Source of the DNA: Ostreococcus lucimarinus
Taxonomy: Eukaryota
Direction: 5' to 3' (one strand)
Assembly: GCA_000092065.1 (NCBI GenBank)
Contig: CP000583.1
DNA length: 64,000 nucleotides
The notes below the pieces were generated by a model that saw only the letters and a program-made list of their open reading frames with translations, searched no databases and was not told where the DNA came from. Below are positions 9,316 to 18,952 of the stretch, in pieces (positions within the stretch are counted from its first letter, which is position 1; each line of letters begins with the position of its first letter). The position numbers and the translations under genes were made by a program.

Positions 9316-10443
9316 ATGAGGGTTTTCGCGCGGCGCCGGCCGACGGTGAAACTCGCGCCCCGCGCCCCCGTTTCGCCGGGCGCGTTCGAGCGATGGACGG
9401 CGACGCGCGGTGCCCCGCAGGCGCGGACGCGCGCGGCGCCGCGCGTCATGACGCTCGAGGACGCGATCGCGAGGTACGAAGCGACGAAAGCCGCGGCGAT
9501 CGCGACGGCGCGGGACGCCGCCGTCAGGGTGCGCGAGGAGGCGACGCGCGCGCAGCGGGTCGTGATGAACGCGCCGGCGCCCGCGCTGGCGGCGCGCTTC
9601 GCGCGAGCGGATGGGTTCGTCGATCGCGGCGCGTATCCGGTGTTCGTCGAACGCATCGCCGTCGGGTCGGTGATCTTCTCCCAGAGCTACGCCAGAGACG
9701 CGTGGTTGCACGTGAAGAACAATCACCTGCTCGTGGCGCTGTTCATGGCGCACCCGAAGCACCCGTTTTCGCGAACGGAGCGCGCGGTTTGTTTGTTTTG
9801 CTCGCTCATCATGGGATTCGGGTTGACGTGCGCGTTTGGTTTGATCGCGGACGAACCGGATAAAACGGTGGTGAGCGTGATCGTGGGAGGGTTCATTCAG
9901 GGGGTGTACGACGCGTTGTTGAGAATGTTCGCCGAATGCATCTGCATTCAGTCGTGCCCGCGTTGCGTGGTCAACTGTTTCGAGACGTGCGGGCGGATCG
10001 GGATGGTGCTGCAGTTCCTGCTCGGAATCTTGGTGCTCTGTATCGGTTTCTTAGCGTTCGTCACGTCGGAGAGCCTGAGAGCGCTGGGAGGGGTGACTTG
10101 GCGTTTCGCGATGTCGAAAGCGTCGTCGTGGGTCGTGGCGTCGATGATCTTTGTGCTCCTGGGACATCACCTAGCGCGAAGAAATCAGATGCGGCCGGCG
10201 GCGTCGAGGCACACATTCAGCGAAAAAGAGGCGCACGAGCGCTGGAACACGCCTCAAGAGCCGTGGTGCTGCTCGTGCTGTCTTCCGTCTCGCGCTCCGT
10301 CTTACTTTTGGAATTATTACATCGGCGAAGACGTCTCGTTTGAAGACTTGCCCATGAAACCGCCAAAGTACGCCGTCAAAAATTTTGGTTGCGTGTGCGG
10401 CCAAGACGAAGACGACGAGGACGGCGTCCCCGCACAGCTTTAG
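9316..10443 (+). CDS. hypothetical multi-pass membrane protein with Cys-rich segments
   Basis: Hydrophobic helices ('LVALFMAHP', 'CLFCSLIMGFGLTCAFGLI', 'VLQFLLGILVLCIGFLAFV', 'WVVASMIFVLLG'), 'CICIQSCPRCVVNCFETC', 'CCSCC'. Start may be M at about 9448. Confidence 0.4.
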   Translation: MRVFARRRPTVKLAPRAPVSPGAFERWTATRGAPQARTRAAPRVMTLEDAIARYEATKAAAIATARDAAVRVREEATRAQRVVMNAPAPALAARFARADGFVDRGAYPVFVERIAVGSVIFSQSYARDAWLHVKNNHLLVALFMAHPKHPFSRTERAVCLFCSLIMGFGLTCAFGLIADEPDKTVVSVIVGGFIQGVYDALLRMFAECICIQSCPRCVVNCFETCGRIGMVLQFLLGILVLCIGFLAFVTSESLRALGGVTWRFAMSKASSWVVASMIFVLLGHHLARRNQMRPAASRHTFSEKEAHERWNTPQEPWCCSCCLPSRAPSYFWNYYIGEDVSFEDLPMKPPKYAVKNFGCVCGQDEDDEDGVPAQL

Positions 10444-10570
10444 CCTAGTTCACTTATCTCTTCTTGCTATCAACATATTCTTGTAGCGCCGGCGACGCGT
10501 CTCGAAATTTTTAAACGCTGTCAATCTTGTCTGACTCCGCACTCTTCGTCCGTTCATCGAGATCGCGTGC

Positions 10571-11626
10571 ATGGCGTCCATCGACGTCGGCGTCGCCGCG
10601 TTCTCGTGTCGTCCGTCCGCGCGCGCGCGCGAGCGACGCGCGTGCGAACCGTCGTCGTCGACATCGCGTCCGCGCGCGCGCGCCCTCGTCAGCCAACACC
10701 GACGCGCGTCGCTCGTACGCACGCGCGCCGCCGATGGGGCGTCCGCGCTGACATACGTCGCCGACAGCGTCATTGGTGGTGCGCTAGTGTTCGCGCTCGC
10801 GAGGTCAGGGTCGAGGTACACGTCGAGGAGAGATTCGGGCTGGTTGGCGACGGAGGACGACGACGAGGCGGAGGTCGACGACGCGGGCATCCGATGGACG
10901 GTCGCGAGCGTGGTCGGGTGCGTACCGCTGTTAGCTTGGCTCGCGTGGGTGCTACCTGTGATCTCGGTCGGGGAATGGGACGACGATCAACGTCCGGGGA
11001 CGATAGCAAAGCCGGAGGCGTTTGCGCTCGCGGCGGCGTACCTACTCGCGTACGCGGCGCACGGATTCAACTTATCCGACGGTTTCACGTGGGCCATAAC
11101 GGTGTTGTGTGCGGGACATGTGCAGCTAGAAAGGACAAACGCACTTCTAGCCCCGAGCTCGGACGATGCTCTCGAGATCGCCTCGCCGCCGAAGCGCACT
11201 GAGAAGGAAAACGACATTGTTCGTGCGTTGCTGAATCCCCGACCGGCGACGACTATGGAGGAGTGGACCCGCGACGAAACCACTGGCTCGATCACTCAAG
11301 CTCCGCAAAATTCAGTCGAAGGCGCGGTCAAACTCGGACGATCACTCGGCAAAGCCGGGGTCGTTGCGAGACAACTCAGCGAAAGCATAGCCGAAGGAAA
11401 GTTGCAAGCGGAAATCGAACAAGAGACGCTCCGTACGGAAGAAGCGGTGCGGCGCCAGAACGAGTTACTTTCAGGAGAGCTCGAAGAGTGGGACGGCCGA
11501 TTCCGATTACGAACGATGACGCGAACAGAGCTATTAGAGCTCGCGCGTCAACGGGGAATGACCAGGTATTCAAAATTGAACAAACCGGAGCTCGTCGAGC
11601 GCTTAGAAGCCGAGATCTATGAATAG
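10571..11626 (+). CDS. Rho-N (Rho termination factor N-terminal/SAP-like) domain protein, membrane-associated, RHON1-like, probably plastid-targeted
   Basis: C-terminus 'RTMTRTELLELARQRGMTRYSKLNKPELVERLEAEI' = Rho_N motif. Central TM segments. Ala/Arg/Ser-rich N-terminus. Confidence 0.6.
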   Translation: MASIDVGVAAFSCRPSARARERRACEPSSSTSRPRARALVSQHRRASLVRTRAADGASALTYVADSVIGGALVFALARSGSRYTSRRDSGWLATEDDDEAEVDDAGIRWTVASVVGCVPLLAWLAWVLPVISVGEWDDDQRPGTIAKPEAFALAAAYLLAYAAHGFNLSDGFTWAITVLCAGHVQLERTNALLAPSSDDALEIASPPKRTEKENDIVRALLNPRPATTMEEWTRDETTGSITQAPQNSVEGAVKLGRSLGKAGVVARQLSESIAEGKLQAEIEQETLRTEEAVRRQNELLSGELEEWDGRFRLRTMTRTELLELARQRGMTRYSKLNKPELVERLEAEIYE

Positions 11627-11681
11627 TAGTAGAACATGTACACGCTAGTATTACTGTATCACAACAAAGAAAAGATGTAGA

Positions 11682-12236
11682 TTATCTATTTTCCCATCCA
11701 TTCCACGACGAGATATCCGACTTAACGCACGCGTCGTCCGCGCCTTCGCGAAGCATCGACGCGTTGCACGAAGATTCGCTCGACATGCCCACAATTCTTC
11801 TCGGGCGTCTCAATCTCCCAGCCTTCACCTCTTCGTTCACCATTTTCAGCACCGCCAGCCCCGTGAACGGTGGCATGTAATAATCGAGCAACAACACATC
11901 GGGTTCGAACTCCTTGATCACCTCCAAGCAATTCTCGCTCGTCCATCTCTGCGAGAAGACTGTGGTGCCCTCCACCTCGACGTCGCCGTCCCGCAACATG
12001 TCTCGAATATCGTACGAGTCCTCGAACGCTAAAATCTTCAAAGTCGGCGTCACCGCGGGCGTGGTACTTTTACCTCCCCCCACCGTCGCCTCGGACTCCC
12101 TCTCGAGCGACGACAAGGACGAGGACGACGACGATTTCCCGACGCCGCGTTTCAACTGTAACCTCCGCACCAAGAGCGACGTCGCCGGTCTGTGCGCGCG
12201 CATCGCCCGCGTCATCTCGCGCGCGCGAACGCTCAC
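11682..12236 (-). CDS. stand-alone response-regulator receiver (CheY-like) domain protein with Ser/Arg-rich N-terminal extension
   Basis: 'LKILAFEDSYD' (acidic pair), 'PDVLLLDYYMPPFTGLAVLKMV' (phospho-acceptor Asp), 'IVGMSSE' (Ser/Thr), 'GADDACVKSD' (Lys). Confidence 0.65.
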   Translation of the reverse strand: MSVRAREMTRAMRAHRPATSLLVRRLQLKRGVGKSSSSSSLSSLERESEATVGGGKSTTPAVTPTLKILAFEDSYDIRDMLRDGDVEVEGTTVFSQRWTSENCLEVIKEFEPDVLLLDYYMPPFTGLAVLKMVNEEVKAGRLRRPRRIVGMSSESSCNASMLREGADDACVKSDISSWNGWENR

Positions 12237-12521
12237 CGACGCGCGCGCGAACGCTCCCGCGCGATCCTCTCACGAAAACCGCGTCGCGTCGAAGCGCGAT
12301 CGTTTTTGACGCGCAAGATGACGACGGCGCGGAAAAGCGTATCGCGCTTTTCGCGCGCCTCCAGATTCGCGCGGGAAAAACCGTCGGTCGGTCTGTCCGA
12401 TTGTCCGATCGATCCCACATCGCGATTCCGCGCGTAAAACACTCGTGGAATTCGCGATTCGCGCGTTTTCGCTCGAAAATTCGCGCCGCGCGTCGACGCG
12501 CGACGTCCGCGGCGCGACGCG

Positions 12522-12595
12522 GTCGATCGATCGATCGATCGATCGGTCGATCGATCGATCGGTCGGTCGATCGGTCGGTCGGTCGAACGCATTTT
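12522..12595. repeat. (GATC/GGTC)n microsatellite in the 5' region between divergent genes
   Basis: 'ggtcgatcgatcgatcgatcggtcgatcgatcgatcggtcggtcgatcggtcggtcggtcg'. Confidence 0.9.
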
Positions 12596-12625
12596 TCGCG
12601 CGACGCGGCCCGCAGTCGCGCGCGC

Positions 12626-14272
12626 ATGTCCCGGTCGCGGCCGTCGACGCCGCGGGGTGCGTTGCACGCGTCGCCGGGCGCGATGGGGGCGTCGCCGAGC
12701 GAACGCCGGCATCGACACGCGCTGGCGGCGAAAGCGGCGCGACAGCGCAGGCGAAGGGCGCTTCGCCGATGCGCGCTCGTCGCGGTCGTCGCGGTCGTCG
12801 TCTTCTTGAAGACGTTTTATCCGGGCGACCAGACGGTGCGGAACGCGAGCGAGAGCTGGGCGCGGTTGATGTTTAGTAGGGATGGGTTCTCGTTCGGTCG
12901 AATGTACGAGCAGCGATTCGAGACGCAGGTGCGAATCGACGCGAAAGACGGCGCGATCGAGGAGACCAAGGAGGGGTACACGGTGCAAGGGAAGATTCCC
13001 GACAGGCCAAAGTTTACGACCAAGTTGAAGACCAGTGATATGCTCAAGGATGAATACAATCGCGCGGGCCGACAGAAGAAGTGCTATTTCTACGTCGAGC
13101 TCGAGGAACCGGTGTTGGTGTTGCACGACGATGGAGATGAGTTGCGGCATCACTTGGAGCTCGACGCGCACGACTTGGAATTTGAGCAGTTCAAGTGCAC
13201 GTACTTTCACGGCGTGCAGAGGCCCGTCAACGGAGGTTCGATCGAGAGTGGAAAGTGGGAAATCAAAGACGAGCGCGAATCTGGGGGGAAGGTCGCCATC
13301 ATGAGCTCGGCGACGACGTTAACGATGCTATCAGCGTACCATCGAACGCTCGTAAATCATCAAGCGTTCGCGAAACATCATGGATACGCTTCGATTCTCG
13401 CGCTGGTTTCTCGCGACACATTAGCGGGTAGATCTGGGAAATTCGCCAAACACATGGCGATGGGAGTGCAAACGTTGAAGAAAGATCACGACATGACGTG
13501 TCACGTCGACCTCGACGCCTGGTTCGCGAGTTGGGATCCGCTCAGCTATTACTCAAAGAACTGGCCTGGGGACAAAAACTTGTTCTTCGGCGACACCGGA
13601 CAAGTGTGGTTGAACTCGGGATTGATGTGCGCTCGATCGGTCGACTGGACGGTAGACTTTTTCGAGCGAGTGCTGAACGCGGTGCACGAAAAGGGAATGG
13701 ACGAGAATTCAAATCCCGTCAAGTTTGGTTTCAAGCGAGACCAACCGGCGATGTGGCATGTTCTCGCAACAGAGTGGGCCCAAAAGGACAACATCCCTTA
13801 TCTCGGCACCAAGTGTCCTCGATGGGACTCGTGTAATCCAGACTCGAATCCTATAGAGTGCTGGCATTGGTGTTTCTGGGACGCATTCCAGAGAAGACCT
13901 AAGGGATGGGACGGCTTGCACGACTTGAACAAGCTCTCAAACGTGTATCTCGACCCGCAAGAGAACGAGCCGAAGATGCATCGCATGTGTTTAGCGAGCT
14001 GTCAAAGCGTCTTGAGTCGAGCGAATATGGCGCTGTGCTCTACTATTACCGGCAGTGCAGGATGTTTGCCCAAGGATGTGGACAAGATGTCGCTTTGTGA
14101 CGGAAGGGGTTGCCTGCAGCAGCTCACGTCGAAAGGAGGCGCGTGGCTTAAGCACACTGGACATCAGCACTGGCGAGACGTTCTCCCGAGGTGTATCCCA
14201 CGCAACTCACAAGAGTCGGAGCGCGAAAAACGCTCGTATTTAAGCTTGTGCGATACTAAACGAACGGTGTAG
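12626..14272 (+). CDS. type-II membrane glycosyltransferase, GT34-like (GMA12/MNN10 galactosyl/xylosyl/mannosyl-transferase family)
   Basis: Basic cytosolic tail, TM 'LVAVVAVVVFL', then 'FAKHHGYASILAL', 'HVDLDAWFASWDP', 'WLNSGLMCARSVDWTVDFFERVLN', Cys-rich C-terminus. Start chosen downstream of the microsatellite. Confidence 0.5.
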   Translation: MSRSRPSTPRGALHASPGAMGASPSERRHRHALAAKAARQRRRRALRRCALVAVVAVVVFLKTFYPGDQTVRNASESWARLMFSRDGFSFGRMYEQRFETQVRIDAKDGAIEETKEGYTVQGKIPDRPKFTTKLKTSDMLKDEYNRAGRQKKCYFYVELEEPVLVLHDDGDELRHHLELDAHDLEFEQFKCTYFHGVQRPVNGGSIESGKWEIKDERESGGKVAIMSSATTLTMLSAYHRTLVNHQAFAKHHGYASILALVSRDTLAGRSGKFAKHMAMGVQTLKKDHDMTCHVDLDAWFASWDPLSYYSKNWPGDKNLFFGDTGQVWLNSGLMCARSVDWTVDFFERVLNAVHEKGMDENSNPVKFGFKRDQPAMWHVLATEWAQKDNIPYLGTKCPRWDSCNPDSNPIECWHWCFWDAFQRRPKGWDGLHDLNKLSNVYLDPQENEPKMHRMCLASCQSVLSRANMALCSTITGSAGCLPKDVDKMSLCDGRGCLQQLTSKGGAWLKHTGHQHWRDVLPRCIPRNSQESEREKRSYLSLCDTKRTV

Positions 14273-14361
14273 TACTTAGAGTTTAGACATTTAGTTACTG
14301 GGGTGTTTACGAGACGGCGTCGAGAATTGCCAAATTTCTTTCACTCGGTCACTACAGCAAA

Positions 14362-15432
14362 CTAAACTACAGAGCGAGTCGAACGCCTCGTGGGTCCTTC
14401 GTTCGCGCTCATGGCCAGACCGACTTCTTCATCCTCCCCTTCCTCTATCCTCGATCCAAACACATCCAGCTCCGTGTCGTCGTCGTCGTCGTCTGAGCCC
14501 GTCGACGGATCCCAATGCGTTCCAACTTTTGATCGCATCGCCTCTTGCGCGATGACGGCAATCCTATAACTAACGAACAGAGTCACCAGCAGACCGAGGA
14601 CGTAGAAAACGATCTCCATCAACGTCGCACCATCCGATCCACTCGCTCTTCTTCCGGTATCTCCCATGTACACGTACACGAAGCTCGACGGAAGCAACCC
14701 GACGGCGGTCGCCGTGCAAAACGAAACGAACGGCACCGACGTCAATCCTAGCATGTAACTCGCCACGGTAAACGGTGAAAACGGCGAAAGTCTGACTAAT
14801 ATGACGATCTGTGATCCATCTTTCGATACCGCGTCGTCCAACGCCTTAAGCCTCCCCCCATCGCGCACGAACGCCTTCTCCACCCACGGTCGCGCGACGT
14901 ATCTCGACAGCGTAAAGCTCACGACGGCGCCGACGCTCGCGCTCGTCACGCACAGCGCCATCCCCCCCAGCGTCCCGAATACTATCCCCGCCGTCACGCA
15001 CGACGCGCTCGCCGCCCCCGGAATCACCCCAAACGACGCCACCGCGACGTTCAACAAGAAAAACTTGACTGGATTCTTCACGTGCGGCACGACGTCTTCG
15101 TACAGGTCGATTTCCAATCGCGTCGACGCGTACACCACCCCCCCGATCACCGCGACCACGCACAGCAGCACCGCGATCGCGCGGCACACCGTTCCGATCG
15201 TCGCCGTCGCCGTTCCTCCTCCCTCGCTTCCCGTCGCTCGCGCGCGTCGTCCCGCGCCCGGCGACGCGTCGTCGTCGTCCGCGCCCAGCAGCACGCCGTT
15301 CGCGCCCGGCGACGCGTCGACCGCCGCGCTCGCGCGCGCGCGCGCCGCGCTCGTCGCGCTCGTCGCGCTCGTCCGCATCGATCGCGTCTTCGTGTGGCCG
15401 TCGTCGTCGTCGTCGCGTCGCAATCGCCCCAA
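14362..15432 (-). CDS. TVP38/TMEM64 (DedA/SNARE-associated Golgi protein) family membrane protein
   Basis: 'VRLSPFSPFTVASYMLGLTSVPFVSF', 'FGVIPGAASASCVTAGIVFG'. Acidic C-terminus. Confidence 0.8.
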   Translation of the reverse strand: MGRLRRDDDDDGHTKTRSMRTSATSATSAARARASAAVDASPGANGVLLGADDDDASPGAGRRARATGSEGGGTATATIGTVCRAIAVLLCVVAVIGGVVYASTRLEIDLYEDVVPHVKNPVKFFLLNVAVASFGVIPGAASASCVTAGIVFGTLGGMALCVTSASVGAVVSFTLSRYVARPWVEKAFVRDGGRLKALDDAVSKDGSQIVILVRLSPFSPFTVASYMLGLTSVPFVSFCTATAVGLLPSSFVYVYMGDTGRRASGSDGATLMEIVFYVLGLLVTLFVSYRIAVIAQEAMRSKVGTHWDPSTGSDDDDDDTELDVFGSRIEEGEDEEVGLAMSANEGPTRRSTRSVV

Positions 15433-15508
15433 TCATCGCGCGCGCGCGGCGCGCCGCTCGATACGCGCCACACACGGACCCGCGAACACCCGGAAGTAAG
15501 CGGGTCGT

Positions 15509-17839
15509 TTGAACGACGCGCGCGACGGTCGACGCCGGCGCGGACGCGCGCGCCGCACACGTCGGCCGTCGATGCGCGCGACGCCGGCGACGTCGAGCGC
15601 GACGAGATCGTCGACGACGACGCGCGCGCGGGCGACGAGGACGACGCGAGCGAACGCGCGGGCGCGGGGCGCGCGAGACATGGGACGCGCGCGCGCGGTG
15701 ATGCGGGGACTGGGACGGGCGCGCGCGGTGATGCGGGGCGCGGTGGGCGCGGGAGGAGGCGCGCGGACGGCGACGATCGATGGGACGCGCGCGAACGGGC
15801 GAGGATGGCGCGAGACGGCGGCGAGCGCGAGCGCGAACGCGGTCGCGGGGATGCGGCGGGACGCGAGAGCGCGAGCGGCGAGCGCGTCGACGGCGGCGTC
15901 GGGACGCGAAAGCGGGGACTACGACGCGGGATCGATTCAGGTGTTACAGGGGTTAGAGCCCGTTCGCAAGCGGCCGGGAATGTACATCGGGAGCACGTCT
16001 ACGAAAGGTTTGCACCACTTGGTGTGGGAGGTGTTGGATAACTCCGTGGACGAAGTCCAAGCCGGGCACGCGAGTCACGTCCGAGTGGTCGTGGAAGAAA
16101 ATGGATTCGTCAGCGTCGTGGACGACGGGCGTGGGATTCCCACGGACGTGCACCCGGTCACGGGGAAGAGCTCGTTGGAGACGGTGCTGACGATTTTGCA
16201 CGCCGGTGGTAAGTTTGGCGGCGACAGTAGTGGTTACCACGTATCCGGCGGTCTTCACGGGGTGGGTATTTCCGTCGTGAACGCACTCTCCGAACTCGTC
16301 GAGGTCACGGTTTGGCGTAATGGTAACGAGTACATACAGTCGTTCTCCAGGGGAATCGCTCTCGGACCGATGCAAGAGAAGAAGCAAGACGGCTCCGGGC
16401 AAAAGAAAGGGACGATGATTCGTTTCAAGCCCGACGATCAGATCTTTGACAAAGTGAAGTTTGATCCGACCATCATTCGAACGAGAATGAAGGAATTGGC
16501 CTTCTTGAACAGCGGAACTGAGTTACATTTGCGGACGTTTGACAAGAAGACGAAGGAGTACGAAGACGAAAAGCTCCTCTTCGCAGAGGGATTGAAGGAT
16601 TACGTGTTAGACCTTACATCGGATGCGACGCGTTTGCATGAACCGATCACGTTCAGTGGTACCATGGACGGCGTTCGCGTCGAAGGAGCTCTTTGCTGGA
16701 CTGCAGATTCGTACTCTGACACGCTTTTGGGTTACGCGAATAGTATCCGAACGACCGATGGCGGTACGCACCTCGACGGCTTGAAGTATTCCCTCACGAA
16801 AACGCTCAATGTCGTGAGTCGCAAAGCGAAACTTTTGAAAGACTCCGATCCTAATCTCGGTGGTGATCACATTCGCGAAGGTTTATCCGGTGTCATCGCA
16901 GTTTGGGTGCCCGAGCCTGAATTTGAAGGTCAGACGAAAACACGTTTGGGTAACAGTGAGGTTCGCAGGATCGTTGAAAATATCGCCAACGATGCCGTGG
17001 CCGGTCATATGGAGTTTAATCCGAGTGTTTTGAAGTCTATTTTCGCAAAGGCTCAGTCAGCCTTCAAGGCTGCCGAAGCCGCGAAGCGTGCGCGAGAGAT
17101 GGTTCGCCGAAAGACGGTGCTGACGTCCAACCGCCTACCGGGGAAGCTGTCCGATTGTTCTTCGTCCGACGCTGATCAAACCGAAATCTTCTTAGTCGAA
17201 GGTGACTCAGCTGGTGGAAGCTGTAAGCAAGGTCGGGATCGCGGCTTCCAGGCCGTCTTGCCTCTACGAGGGAAGATTATGAACGTTGAGCGCAAACTTG
17301 ACGCCGCCGCGCTGTACAAGAATACCGAAATCACTAATATGATTTCAGCCCTGGGCTTGGGAGGTATGGGAGAAGATCTGGACACGACCGCTCTTCGGTA
17401 CTCCAAGATCATCATCCTCACCGATGCCGACGTCGACGGTGCGCACATCCGAACGTTGCTGCTTACGTTCTTGTACCGCTATCAGCGAGATTTGTTTGAG
17501 AAAGGATACGTGTACGCCGCCGTCCCACCTCTGTATAAAGTCGTGGTGGGTAAGAAAGAAACGTACTGCTATGATGAAGATGATCTTCAAGAAGTTCTCG
17601 TTTCTTTACCCGAGGGTGGGGCGAAGCACATCCAGCGCTTTAAAGGTCTCGGAGAAATGATGCCAGAGCAACTCTGGTCGACGACTTTAAACCCGAAGAC
17701 TCGCGTTTTGAAGCGTTTAACCGTAGACGACGCGTCCGCGGCAAATCATATGTTTTCTACGCTCATGTCTAAGGATGTCGAGCCGAGAAGAAAACTCATC
17801 ACAGACGAAGGTTCGACGCTAGCGTCGATCGACATATAA
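15509..17839 (+). CDS. gyrB: DNA gyrase subunit B, organelle-targeted (about 160 aa Arg/Ala/Thr-rich presequence)
   Basis: 'LEPVRKRPGMYIGST', 'HHLVWEVLDNSVDE', 'GGLHGVGISVVNALS', 'TDGGTHL', 'EGDSAGGS', 'PLRGKIMNVE', 'IILTDADVDGAHIRTLLLTF', 'PPLYK'. Presequence has a 27-bp tandem duplication (MGRARAVMRG x2). Confidence 0.95.
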   Translation: MNDARDGRRRRGRARRTRRPSMRATPATSSATRSSTTTRARATRTTRANARARGARDMGRARAVMRGLGRARAVMRGAVGAGGGARTATIDGTRANGRGWRETAASASANAVAGMRRDARARAASASTAASGRESGDYDAGSIQVLQGLEPVRKRPGMYIGSTSTKGLHHLVWEVLDNSVDEVQAGHASHVRVVVEENGFVSVVDDGRGIPTDVHPVTGKSSLETVLTILHAGGKFGGDSSGYHVSGGLHGVGISVVNALSELVEVTVWRNGNEYIQSFSRGIALGPMQEKKQDGSGQKKGTMIRFKPDDQIFDKVKFDPTIIRTRMKELAFLNSGTELHLRTFDKKTKEYEDEKLLFAEGLKDYVLDLTSDATRLHEPITFSGTMDGVRVEGALCWTADSYSDTLLGYANSIRTTDGGTHLDGLKYSLTKTLNVVSRKAKLLKDSDPNLGGDHIREGLSGVIAVWVPEPEFEGQTKTRLGNSEVRRIVENIANDAVAGHMEFNPSVLKSIFAKAQSAFKAAEAAKRAREMVRRKTVLTSNRLPGKLSDCSSSDADQTEIFLVEGDSAGGSCKQGRDRGFQAVLPLRGKIMNVERKLDAAALYKNTEITNMISALGLGGMGEDLDTTALRYSKIIILTDADVDGAHIRTLLLTFLYRYQRDLFEKGYVYAAVPPLYKVVVGKKETYCYDEDDLQEVLVSLPEGGAKHIQRFKGLGEMMPEQLWSTTLNPKTRVLKRLTVDDASAANHMFSTLMSKDVEPRRKLITDEGSTLASIDI

Positions 17840-17938
17840 TTCACGTAGGCGCTTGCTTGCTCAGTCGTAGTGTACTTTTAGTCTTGAAAGAGAGAGACGA
17901 GCTCGGTGTGATGATGAAAGAAAATTTAGTACTACAAA

Positions 17939-18337
17939 TCATTCGTCGCCACTCAACGTCGCGCCCTCTAGAAGCGCACTCACGTGTCGTGCGATGTTTG
18001 CAGTCTGTCGGAGACGTGACGGTCTTCGAGGCGATGCCTTGTCCGTTACGACGTTTGTAAAGGGATGATGAGACTCCAGTGCTCGCTTTCCCGCATGGAT
18101 CCCCAAAACAGAAGCTTCTAGAGTTTTAATATCCATTCGTAGCGAGTTTAACTCTTCACGGATGGCGTGGAGCGCGTGTGTGAATGCGTCGAGTTCCTTC
18201 GACAGCGTTACCTTGGGCTTCGGCTCGAACTTAGCTCGAATCGTAGCGAGCGCATCCGCACTACGAATCACCTCGTCTTTCGCCGTCTTCCCATCGTCAC
18301 TCGTCGCAGTAGTAGTTTGCGAGGACATCAGAGCCAT
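17939..18337 (-). CDS. hypothetical small coiled-coil protein (132 aa)
   Basis: ORF only. 'LNSLRMDIKTLEASVLGIHAG'. Confidence 0.25.
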   Translation of the reverse strand: MALMSSQTTTATSDDGKTAKDEVIRSADALATIRAKFEPKPKVTLSKELDAFTHALHAIREELNSLRMDIKTLEASVLGIHAGKRALESHHPFTNVVTDKASPRRPSRLRQTANIARHVSALLEGATLSGDE

Positions 18338-18480
18338 GACGCGTGATATTGTGACGTTCCATGTGATATAAAAACACTAAACTCTACTAACGTTTGTATT
18401 TCCGAGGCTTCGAGTCGACGTTAACGTGCCAAAGAGTCGCTTCAAACAGCTTCAACACCGACACTAACACCTCACTACCC

Positions 18481-18825
18481 CTACTGGTTAAATTCTGACG
18501 CATCCAGCTCAAGTTTAAGTCGCATCGCCTCGTCTTTTAATCGCTCGAGCTGCTGTCTTTGTTCGGGAGTAAGTTGCTCGATGACGTCTTCCGTCAAGTC
18601 GCCAGAGACAACTTTGCCGGCGTCTCCTCGAAGTGACTCTACATAACTCTGCCAAGACTCCACAAACGTGCGCCATTGCTTTTCTTGTATTTTCTCCGAA
18701 CGAAGATGCGTCCTAAACTCCTCTCGCGCGTAAGTACCGCCGAGTTCCTTCATCGGACCCGGCAAGTTGCGATGCGCTCGCAAGATCGACCGGTACAGTG
18801 AAAAAATTCGCCCCACGCCGCTCAT
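18481..18825 (-). CDS. SDHAF3: succinate dehydrogenase assembly factor 3 (SDHAF3/ACN9, LYR-motif family)
   Basis: 'FSLYRSILRAHRNLPGPMKELGGTYAREEFRTH' closely parallels human '[31 protein letters not shown]'. Confidence 0.8.
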   Translation of the reverse strand: MSGVGRIFSLYRSILRAHRNLPGPMKELGGTYAREEFRTHLRSEKIQEKQWRTFVESWQSYVESLRGDAGKVVSGDLTEDVIEQLTPEQRQQLERLKDEAMRLKLELDASEFNQ

Positions 18826-18952
18826 GATATCCGATAGCTACTATAGGCCGTGTGCTCTGCTCTAAAATTTCCGCCTTCTACGTTCTGTCTTCACCTCTGT
18901 AAACCGCTCGAAACCTTTCGCGTCTCGCTCGCGTACCCTTGCCGCGCGCCGC

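Noticed and set aside
12522-12595. Possible CRISPR array or transposon terminal repeat (GATC repeats), also at 58890..59062
   Set aside because: These are simple microsatellites with 4-8-bp units and no spacers or cas genes. The genome is eukaryotic. No transposase ORFs are nearby.
12233-13210. 325-codon minus-strand ORF and several others (14846..15475, 15082..16041, 30822..31658, 53153..54139, 58783..60378, 61854..62906, 19479..20810)
   Set aside because: All are Arg/Ala/Gly-rich low-complexity products of GC-rich sequence, antisense or out of frame to genes with clear homology. None has conserved motifs.
15509-17839. Interpreting the window as bacterial because of gyrB, infB, tilS, recQ and a CheY-like gene
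   Set aside because: Spliceosomal introns, eukaryote-only genes throughout, and presequences on the bacterial-type proteins indicate nuclear genes for organelle proteins.
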